DNA of 64,000 nt from positions 371,805 to 435,804 of IMG/VR virus record IMGVR_UViG_3300028840_001395. One strand, written 5' to 3'. The notes under the pieces were generated by a model that was given only the letters and a program-made list of their open reading frames with translations, was not told where the DNA came from and did no database searches. A program made the translations under genes and the position numbers. Positions within the stretch are counted from its first letter, which is position 1, and every line of letters begins with the position of its first letter. Shown here piece by piece: positions 38,152 to 45,574 of this stretch.

Positions 38152-38218
38152 TAGCTGCGGGGACTGTGCCGCCAGTTCAGCTTGGCAACGCTTCTGACGG
38201 CCATCCTGCCCGCAGCTA
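38152..38218 (+). ncRNA. Y-RNA-like RNA3
   Basis: TAGCTGCGGG/CCCGCAGCTA, GCCG/CGGC and CAG/CTG stems. Motif CGGGGACT-N9-GTTCAG ... CCTGCCCG. Confidence 0.6.
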
Positions 38219-38258
38219 TCATCCCCCAGGGGAGGGGGATTCGACCTGGAGGTGTCCC

Positions 38259-39866
38259 ATGACGAGCATGACCATCACGACCGCCGATGAGCTGACCCTG
38301 TGGCAGCCTCGGAGCGGAATCGCTCCCGCACAGGCGGGATCCGCCGTGTGCTCGTTCCTCGACACCGCGACCACGAGCATGGGTCGGGCGACCCACTACA
38401 ACACCCGGCAGGAGCAGCAGGACGCGGAGCTTGCCGCTCACGCGATGCTGCTGGATCTGAGCCGTGATCTGTACACCGTCCTCCTGGCGCTGCCGGGCGT
38501 GACCGACCGTTCGGTCCAGGTCGGAATGAAGAAGCTGCTCTCCACGCACCGGAACGGCACCAGCGACGAGTTCCTGACCCCGGCGATGGAGAGGGCCGTC
38601 CTCTACCACCTCATCCAGGCGCTTCCGGTGCCCAGGATGATGCGCTTGATGGACGCCTTCCGCTTCGGGAACCCGGAGCTTGGCGTCAGCCGGGCGAACA
38701 ACGCTCGGACGCGGAAGCTCATCCTGCGGACACTGCTCGGGTCTCCGCGCCTGCCCCTGTGGTCGGTCAAGTACCGCTCCAAGATGGCGTCGGCACTGAC
38801 CCACGCCTGGGGCAAGAGGATGGCCTCCATCCTGCGGGAGATCCTGCGGAAGGATGGTCGTCGGCTGACGGCCAAGGACAAGGCGATCCTGGGCCAGAAC
38901 CTCGACAAGTACTGCGAGGCGAAGCCGAAGCAGGCCCGTGAGTGCGTGGCCTTCATCCTGGGTGTCCGGTCGCGCCTGAGCGTCCCGCTGCTCAAGGCCT
39001 TCGAGGCTGCCAAGACCGACCTGTCCAAGGGGACGAAGCTGCCGTTGGAGGTTCTGGAGGGCATCCGCTCGACGTACCACGCGGACGTGAGCAAGGACGA
39101 GGTGCTCAAGCTGGTCGCCCGTGGCGGCAAGATGACTGACCACCAGAAGAAGGCCGTCCAGAAGCGGGCCAAGGCAGCGGATGTCGAGGTCAAGATGGAT
39201 CCGACCCGCTACGAGGCCGTCGAGCTGTATCTCTACGCCTTCGAGATGGGCCTCGATGAGTCCATCACCAAGGCCCTGGAAGAGAAGGCGGTCAAGGCCG
39301 CGTCGGCGTTCCCGGCTCGCTACGGAGACGTGGGCATCGTCGTGGACGCCTCGGCCTCGATGAAGGGCCACCAGACCCAGGCGCTGCGCCCGATGGCGGC
39401 GACCCTGGCCATGCGGGACATGCTCCAGCACGTCGGGGAGCGCCAGTCCACGCACTACGTGGGTGGGCAGATGGGCGACCTGGTGCGTCCGATGGGCGAC
39501 ACGGCCCTGGCGGACGGTCTGGTCGAGGCTCTGGAGGCCAGCCCGGACGTGGTGTTCGTGCTGTCTGATGGATACGAGAACGCTCCGGCAGGCCGCTTCT
39601 CGGAGGTCATGGAGCAGGTGCGGGAGATCGGCATCGAGACCCCGGTGTACCACCTGAACCCGGTCTTCGCAGCGGAGCGCACGGGTGTCCGGGAGCTTGC
39701 TCCCAGCTTCGTGCCGACCATGCCGGTCAAGTCCCCCACGGGACTCGGTACGACCATGCTCAGGGGCCTCATCGAGGCAGAGCCGGTCAAGGGCATCAAC
39801 TCCCTCGTGAGGATGGCCCTGATGAGCGGCCCGGTCGAGATGAAGTTCCTGGCCGAAGGAAAGTGA
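38259..39866 (+). CDS. Divergent Ro60/TROVE-like helical domain + vWA protein
   Basis: SD GGAGGTG before ATG 38259. Basic all-helical N-terminal ~360 aa, then vWA with DASASM and VFVLSDGYEN (Ro60-type architecture). vWA is secure; TROVE is inferred. Confidence 0.6.
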   Translation: MTSMTITTADELTLWQPRSGIAPAQAGSAVCSFLDTATTSMGRATHYNTRQEQQDAELAAHAMLLDLSRDLYTVLLALPGVTDRSVQVGMKKLLSTHRNGTSDEFLTPAMERAVLYHLIQALPVPRMMRLMDAFRFGNPELGVSRANNARTRKLILRTLLGSPRLPLWSVKYRSKMASALTHAWGKRMASILREILRKDGRRLTAKDKAILGQNLDKYCEAKPKQARECVAFILGVRSRLSVPLLKAFEAAKTDLSKGTKLPLEVLEGIRSTYHADVSKDEVLKLVARGGKMTDHQKKAVQKRAKAADVEVKMDPTRYEAVELYLYAFEMGLDESITKALEEKAVKAASAFPARYGDVGIVVDASASMKGHQTQALRPMAATLAMRDMLQHVGERQSTHYVGGQMGDLVRPMGDTALADGLVEALEASPDVVFVLSDGYENAPAGRFSEVMEQVREIGIETPVYHLNPVFAAERTGVRELAPSFVPTMPVKSPTGLGTTMLRGLIEAEPVKGINSLVRMALMSGPVEMKFLAEGK

Positions 39867-39876
39867 GAGGTGTGCT

Positions 39877-40869
39877 ATGCCGCGTAGGAACCAGGCGACA
39901 CTGACGGTCGAGGAGATCCTTCAGGGGACTCGCCTCGGGCGTACTCAGTCGGTCGGCCACATGGAGGTCATCCCGATCTTGGACGACGGGGACGCGGCGG
40001 ACGACACGTTCGCACCCCCATACTTCTCGGCGGGAACCCAGAACTACGGGAGCGTCCGTGTTCAGAACATGGATCCAGACCGTCCGACCATCGTTCCCAC
40101 GGGCTCGGGGTTCGTCACGAGTCAGCGGGCGCAGGATCACGCGACTTCGGGCGCGAAGTTCCTCAAGCCGGGCGAGAACAAGACCATCGAGGGTGCCATG
40201 TGCATCCAGGAGACTCAGGGTGGCCTCATCCGGCAGGAAGAGGACACGATGCTGGTGGTTCTCCCGGCATCGATGCGGGCGTCCATCCTCGCCATGCGGA
40301 ACGACGGGGACTACTCTCGGGCGTGGCCCTACATCCGGGAGTTCAACGCGAGCGTGGGCGTCCCCGGTGCGGGTGACCTCGTGAACTTCCTGCGGGAGTA
40401 CGACCGTCAGCTTGACGAGTTCGTGGCCGAGTTCGAGCTTCTGCCGAACCAGATCGGGGCCATCGTCCTGGTCGGGGGCCGGGTCGTGGGTGTCGAGCGT
40501 GCCCCGAACGTGCCCTTCTGGGAGAAGCTCTGGGTGCCGCTCGTCCGTGTCTGCTACGGCTCGCTGGCCTTGCGGACGGCCCGTGTGCTGGGTGACCAGC
40601 CGCCTGCGACGCGGACGGCGCTCACGGTACAGGACAAGTCGCTCGCTGGCATCAAGCAGGCCCTTCGGGACGCTCGCGTCAAGGCCGAGGGTCTGATCGA
40701 GGCCGCATACAACGAGGTTCGCTCGACGCCCCTGCTCTACGCAGAGGGTGCCGAGGGAAAGCTCGGCGGTGCGGAACTGTTCACGGTCGCCAACACCCGG
40801 TTGGCTGGCCAGATGGTTCGCCGTGGGGCGCTCGCGTCCTACGTGTCCCTCTGCGCCCCAGGGCTCTGA
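39877..40869 (+). CDS. ARPP/DUF6569-like domain protein
   Basis: 330 aa. MEVIPI, YGSVRV.N, AQDHA, CIQETQGG and FELLPNQIGAIVLVGG...GVE match recalled ARPP-family motifs. Confidence 0.6.
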   Translation: MPRRNQATLTVEEILQGTRLGRTQSVGHMEVIPILDDGDAADDTFAPPYFSAGTQNYGSVRVQNMDPDRPTIVPTGSGFVTSQRAQDHATSGAKFLKPGENKTIEGAMCIQETQGGLIRQEEDTMLVVLPASMRASILAMRNDGDYSRAWPYIREFNASVGVPGAGDLVNFLREYDRQLDEFVAEFELLPNQIGAIVLVGGRVVGVERAPNVPFWEKLWVPLVRVCYGSLALRTARVLGDQPPATRTALTVQDKSLAGIKQALRDARVKAEGLIEAAYNEVRSTPLLYAEGAEGKLGGAELFTVANTRLAGQMVRRGALASYVSLCAPGL

Positions 40870-40875
40870 GGGACT

Positions 40876-40925
40876 GGCTTCGGGGCCGGGACGGGACACT
40901 CCCGGTGCCCGAGGCCGCGTTCTTT
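40876..40925 (+). terminator. Terminator-like hairpin after the ARPP gene
   Basis: GGCTTCGGG-GCCGGGA/TCCCGGT-G-CCCGAGGCC followed by TTCTTT. Confidence 0.5.
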
Positions 40926-40935
40926 GAGAACTTCG

Positions 40936-40965
40936 GGCTTACTTCCCGCCCTGTGGGAGTAGTCT
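40936..40965 (+). promoter_or_regulatory. Phage promoter motif GGCTTAC-N14-GAGTAGTCT
   Basis: Copy of the six-member motif just upstream of the tRNA-like pair. Confidence 0.7.
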
Positions 40966-40982
40966 AGGAGAGGAGAACACGT

Positions 40983-41059
40983 CGGAGTGTACCTCAGTGG
41001 TAGAGGGCCTGGCTCTTGGGACCGGGCTGACATAGGTTCGAGCCCTATCACTCCGACCA
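40983..41059 (+). tRNA. tRNA-Pro-like gene with 9-nt anticodon loop (CTCTTGGGA), CCA encoded
   Basis: Acceptor CGGAGTG/CACTCCG + ACCA (Pro-type C1-G72, A73), D arm CCTC/GAGG, anticodon stem CCTGG/CCGGG, T arm ATAGG-TTCGAGC-CCTAT. Confidence 0.8.
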
Positions 41060-41071
41060 CATACGATGAGT

Positions 41072-41145
41072 TGCGGCGTAGCTCAGTGGTAGAGGGCCTG
41101 GCTCTTGGGACCGGGCTGACATAGGTTCGAGCCCTGCCGTCGTAA
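41072..41145 (+). tRNA. Chimeric tRNA-like gene: different acceptor stem, same 54-nt core with 9-nt loop
   Basis: Acceptor TGCGGCG/CGTCGTA. 41082-41135 is identical to 40993-41046. Mismatches at D and T stem junctions. No CCA. Confidence 0.65.
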
Positions 41146-41164
41146 CGCGATTCGGAGGCCCCAG

Positions 41165-42541
41165 ATGACCGACTTGGAGAAGCTGTATCAGTCCATCAAG
41201 GAGCGGTGGCGTCCGGAGGACGTGGCACAGGTCATCTACAACTCCCACGGTCGGCACATGAGCCCGTCCATGAAGCGGAACCTCGCGCGGGCTTCGGGGC
41301 GGGGTGAGGGCTACTCCTCGATGTCCCGCAAGTTCGCGGGAGCGAGCGGCCTGTCCAAGCAGATCGCCATCGCGGAGGTGCTGTTCCCGGACGTGCCGGT
41401 TCCGGTCAACCTGGGGGACGAGGACACCGTCTGGGACTACATCGAGCGTCTGGACGAGGCGCTGTGCAAGAGCGGTGAGAAGTCGGGTGACGACTTCGCG
41501 AACGACCGCCGGAACCGGCGTGGCCGGGCCGTCAAGGGTGTCCCGTGGCGCGGCCACCGGGCCTACAACAAGCGGTTCCGTCTCGTGACCCGCATGAAGG
41601 CCAAGTTCGGTCGCTGGGGCCGGAACAAGGAGCTGCGCGAGATGGCGCAGATCGCCAAGTCCCGGCTCGCCTGCCGCCTGTCCTGGGAGGAGTTCTCCCG
41701 TGACGGCAACACGGCCTGCTTCATCGCCTACATGACGGCCCGGCTGAACCTGCGTTCGGTGTTCACCTGCGGCAAGCAGGATCGGGCCTACGACAGCATC
41801 GCGGACATGCTGTTCAAGCGGCTGCGTCCGGGCCGGGCGAACTGGTACGCCGTGGCGCACGTCCACGTTCTGCCGGAGGTCACCAACCGCCTGACGGACG
41901 AGGAGAAGGGCAAGCTCATCGGTGTCTGGTTCGGCCAGATGAAGCGGTGCTGCGTCTACCTGGACGAGCTTCAGCAGACGCAGGACGTGGATCTCACCGG
42001 GTTGGTGGTTCACCGGGGCAACGACTCCTCGACCTGGAACGATGTCGCCGGGGCCTACAACAAGTGCCGGGACGGCTGGATCTCGACGCTCTACGCGATG
42101 GGCAAGGAGGCCCTGCTGGACAAGTTCGCTCCGCCGAAGATGCTGCGCCTGATGGCCGCTGACGTGGTCGCCTGGCACCGGAGCACCAACGGCCTGGAGC
42201 CGGACACCCTCGTCTGGAACGACCTGCCGAAGCCGTGGGAGGTTGTCCTGGGCCGGGAGTCCTGCACCCGGAAGGATATCGAGCGGGCCTGCCAGCGCCG
42301 GGGCATCAAGGGCAAGGGCTGGATCACCCCGCGAGCCAAGAAGGTCGCCCCGTTCAAGCCCACCCCGGAGCTTGTCCACGGCGTCGTAGTGGCTTCGCCG
42401 GAGCTTGCCGCCGTGCTCAAGAAGTGCGGCTACTTCTCCGGTCCGTCCAAGGGCGTCAAGGGCATCGCGGACGTGCCGATCTCCAAGCAGCAGGAGGGCG
42501 ACGTGACGGTCGTCCGCGACGCTCTGGAGCAGACCGCCTGA
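41165..42541 (+). CDS. Hypothetical basic helical protein (RPEDVA family) of the TROVE/ARPP locus
   Basis: SD GGAGG. 458 aa with strong coding bias. R/K/W-rich (YNKRFR, GNDSSTWN, LRLMAADV..WH, PTPELVHGV). Confidence 0.8.
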   Translation: MTDLEKLYQSIKERWRPEDVAQVIYNSHGRHMSPSMKRNLARASGRGEGYSSMSRKFAGASGLSKQIAIAEVLFPDVPVPVNLGDEDTVWDYIERLDEALCKSGEKSGDDFANDRRNRRGRAVKGVPWRGHRAYNKRFRLVTRMKAKFGRWGRNKELREMAQIAKSRLACRLSWEEFSRDGNTACFIAYMTARLNLRSVFTCGKQDRAYDSIADMLFKRLRPGRANWYAVAHVHVLPEVTNRLTDEEKGKLIGVWFGQMKRCCVYLDELQQTQDVDLTGLVVHRGNDSSTWNDVAGAYNKCRDGWISTLYAMGKEALLDKFAPPKMLRLMAADVVAWHRSTNGLEPDTLVWNDLPKPWEVVLGRESCTRKDIERACQRRGIKGKGWITPRAKKVAPFKPTPELVHGVVVASPELAAVLKKCGYFSGPSKGVKGIADVPISKQQEGDVTVVRDALEQTA

Positions 42542-42549
42542 CCCTCCCC

Positions 42550-42579
42550 GGCTTACTTCTCATCCTATCAGAGTAGTAT
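42550..42579 (+). promoter_or_regulatory. Phage promoter motif GGCTTAC-N14-GAGTAGTAT
   Basis: Sixth copy, upstream of a short basic ORF. Confidence 0.7.
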
Positions 42580-42612
42580 AGGTGACAGTGGAACTCTCGT
42601 GGAGAGGAGAGG

Positions 42613-42720
42613 ATGGGGAGCCGTAAAAGGAATCGGAAGCGCCGCTTGAAGCGGAAAGCCCGTCAGGCAGAGAAGAAATCCCAGAAGAAGGAGAAGCCCG
42701 CCAAGGAAGGCAGCAACTAG
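42613..42720 (+). CDS. 35-aa highly basic peptide
   Basis: MGSRKRNRKRRLKRKARQAEKKSQKKEKPAKEGSN*. Purine-rich SD GGAGAGGAGAGG and own promoter motif. Below the ORF track cut-off. Confidence 0.55.
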   Translation: MGSRKRNRKRRLKRKARQAEKKSQKKEKPAKEGSN

Positions 42721-44942
42721 CTGCGAGGACGGCCTCCGGGCCAGCGCTTCTCCTCGTAGTCCTTGTCGCCTCGGGTCTTGGGCTTGGTCTGACCGCCAGG
42801 GCCACCCTTCGTGGTGACGTAGCAGCGGTCGGCCTCATCGCCGGTCTCGTAGTAGCACTTGCCTTTGGCCTCGGGAGTCCAGTTGCCCGGCCCTCGAACG
42901 TCGGGGCCGGTCATCCCGTAACCCTTGCCGGGCTCGCCCTTCCACAGACGGCCAGCCATCTGCTCGTCACCACATCCTGCTGCCGTGCGGCGCAAGATGG
43001 GGATGAGGTGCTTCCGCATCTCGGGGACATCGTGAGCGAGCTTCATCACAGCGTTCCGCAGTGGCGTCGGCTGAGCCGTGGCCGTCTTGCCTCCCTCTCC
43101 GCCTTCTTCCTCATCCATGATCGACTTGAACATGATCATGAAGTCCGCGACGCTCATGCCCTTCATCCGTTCCTTGGTCTCGGGCTTCGCCTCACGCATG
43201 AACTTCTGCATGAGCTGAGCATCGGTCATCTTCTTGTAGTTCTTGAGCTTCTTCTTGAACTTGCCGACCTCCTTCTCATCATCGTCGGTGAGGTCGAGTT
43301 CCTTCTTCACGTCGGCCACGGAACGCTTGGGCTTCTCACCCTCGTCCTTCTTGCCCTTGGTCTTGTCCTCACGCTTCTGCTTCTTGCGCTCAGCAGTCTG
43401 CTCGGGAGTCTCCTTATCGGCTCGGGTCTGGGCCTTGGCCCACTCCATCTTCGTCTCGGTGGGGTTGATGGAACCACCCTCCTCGAAGTAGAGCTTGGAC
43501 TGAGAGCCGAAGTTCCAGCCGTCCTTGACCTTCTTGGTGACCTTCTTGCCACTCTTGGGATCCTTGAAGGTGACGACATCACCAATGCCGACATCCTCCC
43601 AGTTCTTGATGGGAGAACCCGGATTCCGCTTCTGCTTCTTCTGCCTACCGAGCGGACGCTTCTCCCCCGACTCGTACTCCTCCTTCTCCTCCCGATGCTT
43701 CTTCTGCTTCTTCTGCTTCCTCCGAAGCCGCTTCTGCATGTCCTCGGGGAGGCTCTTGAAGTTCACCTTGTTCCCGGTGTCCGGGTGGGTGAACTTCTGC
43801 TCCTCAAGCTCGAATGCCCGCTTGAGCAGAGGAACGAGATACTTCCGAAGCTCGGGCATGTCATGGGCGAGCTTGATTGTGGCCCGCCGAAGAGAGGCCA
43901 GGCGACCGTCCTCGTAGTCATTCTCGTGCTGCTGACCAGCCGCGAGCCAGAAGGTGTACTCGTTGAGGTCGTCCTCATCCATCTCCTCGACGCGCTCCTC
44001 CTCGATACCCGCTTCCGTGAGGTACTGCCGGGCCTCGTCCGCCGGGACGTTCCAGCCAAGCTCCTTGACCCAGTGCTTCACGGCCTCGTCGGCACTGCCG
44101 GGCTGGGACACGTCCTCTGCGGCTTCGTTCGGGAACCGCACCCCGACCCAGCCGTCGAAGCCGTTGAAGTCCTTGGGGTCGAAGTCCTTCTTGAACGACT
44201 CGGTGGACACGTCGTACTCGTCGTCATCGTCTCCGCCGCCGTCGTCCTTCTTCTCGTCGTCGGAGTCGTCTGGCTTCTTCTCGTCCTCGGGCTTCTTGCC
44301 CTCGTCCTTGGGCTTCTCGTCGTCCTTGGGGGCCTCGTAGAAGTCCTTGGGGGTCTTCTCGGTGTTGGGGTGCTTCTCCTTGTACTCCTTGTAGAGCTTC
44401 TCCGCACCCTCCTCGGTCTTGGCCTTGTCGCCCGCCCACCGGGCGGCGAAACCCTCCGGGAGCGGCTTCTTGACACCGTAGTCCTCGGGGGTGAGTTCAC
44501 CATCCCGGACCTGCTGCTCGAATTCTCGGGCGAAGTGCGCCGCCACGGCTTCACGATGCTTCTTCGGGAACATGAGCGGCCACTTCGAGTAGTGGAACGG
44601 CTCCCCGTCCCGGCTGGAGTTGCCGTTCATGTCCCAGTTCATGTAGCCATCAGTACTCTTGTAGAGCGCCTTGGCCCCGGTCTCGACGGCATACATCCAG
44701 AGCTTGACGGCCAGACGAGGGTCGTATTTGCCGTTGACGATCTTCCGCATGAGGTTCTTGCGGATGGACTCCATCTGTCGATAGACGAAGGAATCGTTGT
44801 CCATCCACATGACGAGATCATCCCCGTACCCCGGCAGGTTGAGGCGAGATGCTTGCCGGGTCCGACGCAGGATGGGGATGAGATGCTTCCGAAGCTCAGG
44901 GTTCTCTTGAGCCAGCTTGATCGTGGCTTCACGCAGGGTCAT
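42717..44942 (-). CDS. Multidomain charged protein with three LRxAxxKLAxxxPExRKxLxPxL repeats (putative internal head polyprotein)
   Basis: 741 aa. Three copies of a ~24-aa motif separating unrelated domains. Late promoter motif upstream. Confidence 0.75.
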   Translation of the reverse strand: MTLREATIKLAQENPELRKHLIPILRRTRQASRLNLPGYGDDLVMWMDNDSFVYRQMESIRKNLMRKIVNGKYDPRLAVKLWMYAVETGAKALYKSTDGYMNWDMNGNSSRDGEPFHYSKWPLMFPKKHREAVAAHFAREFEQQVRDGELTPEDYGVKKPLPEGFAARWAGDKAKTEEGAEKLYKEYKEKHPNTEKTPKDFYEAPKDDEKPKDEGKKPEDEKKPDDSDDEKKDDGGGDDDDEYDVSTESFKKDFDPKDFNGFDGWVGVRFPNEAAEDVSQPGSADEAVKHWVKELGWNVPADEARQYLTEAGIEEERVEEMDEDDLNEYTFWLAAGQQHENDYEDGRLASLRRATIKLAHDMPELRKYLVPLLKRAFELEEQKFTHPDTGNKVNFKSLPEDMQKRLRRKQKKQKKHREEKEEYESGEKRPLGRQKKQKRNPGSPIKNWEDVGIGDVVTFKDPKSGKKVTKKVKDGWNFGSQSKLYFEEGGSINPTETKMEWAKAQTRADKETPEQTAERKKQKREDKTKGKKDEGEKPKRSVADVKKELDLTDDDEKEVGKFKKKLKNYKKMTDAQLMQKFMREAKPETKERMKGMSVADFMIMFKSIMDEEEGGEGGKTATAQPTPLRNAVMKLAHDVPEMRKHLIPILRRTAAGCGDEQMAGRLWKGEPGKGYGMTGPDVRGPGNWTPEAKGKCYYETGDEADRCYVTTKGGPGGQTKPKTRGDKDYEEKRWPGGRPRS

Positions 44943-44979
44943 GAGATCCTCCCACCACTCAGGGTTCTACCAGGGCGGG

Positions 44980-44994
44980 AGTATAGAGGCTCTA
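44980..44994 (-). promoter_or_regulatory. Putative late promoter motif TAG-N5-CTATACT
   Basis: Copy of the motif upstream of the 44942 start. Confidence 0.55.
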
Positions 44995-45165
44995 CCGACC
45001 GGCGAACTTCTCCCCGATGGTCGGCACCTTGGGGGCCTTGACCACCTCGCTCACACTGGCCTTGGGCTTGGGACGCCCACCGCTAGCCTGACGGACTTTC
45101 TCACGATACTCCTCGACCGAGCCGACTTCCTGGTGTGTCTCGGCCTCGACGCTGAATCTCTTCAT
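44992..45165 (-). CDS. Small basic hypothetical protein
   Basis: MKRFSVEAET..., 57 aa, SD GGAGG. Confidence 0.55.
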   Translation of the reverse strand: MKRFSVEAETHQEVGSVEEYREKVRQASGGRPKPKASVSEVVKAPKVPTIGEKFAGR

Positions 45166-45229
45166 CACAGCCTCCTCGGTGGGTCTTCTATCCCACGACA
45201 GAGGGTAGTATAGCTGGAAAAGGGTAGAA

Positions 45230-45574
45230 ATGTCCAGAACTAGCACCGACCACCTCTACATCATCCAGTCCGGCAAGACCGGGGCTATCAAGATAGGGCG
45301 CTCCCACAACGTCAAGCGACGGCTCCGAGAACTTCAGACGGCAAGCCCCTACCCCCTCAAGATAATCCTCGTCCTCCAGAATCAGGGGTGGCGGGAAAGA
45401 CGAATCCATGAGCGGCTGAAGAGAGAGCGGTCAAGGGTCAAGGGGGAGTGGTTCAACTACGAGGCGCTGCCCTTGCTGCCGGATGAGATCTACGAGAAGC
45501 TGGATATCGAGCTTGTGGACTGGTGGTGGACGAAGACGGGGAGACCGCCCAAAGGCCCTAGTCCAGGGACTTGA
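45230..45574 (+). CDS. GIY-YIG nuclease, T5orf172/MUG113-like
   Basis: LYIIQ...IKIGRS..VKRRLRELQT...ERRIH...GEWF. Confidence 0.85.
   Translation: MSRTSTDHLYIIQSGKTGAIKIGRSHNVKRRLRELQTASPYPLKIILVLQNQGWRERRIHERLKRERSRVKGEWFNYEALPLLPDEIYEKLDIELVDWWWTKTGRPPKGPSPGT

Noticed and set aside
40993-41135. CRISPR mini-array
   Set aside because: Only two repeats, which are tRNA cores. No cas genes in the window.
45183-45211. Seventh copy of the GGCTTAC promoter before the GIY-YIG gene
   Set aside because: The -10 (GGGTAGTAT) fits but the -35 (GTCTTC) is too degenerate to count.
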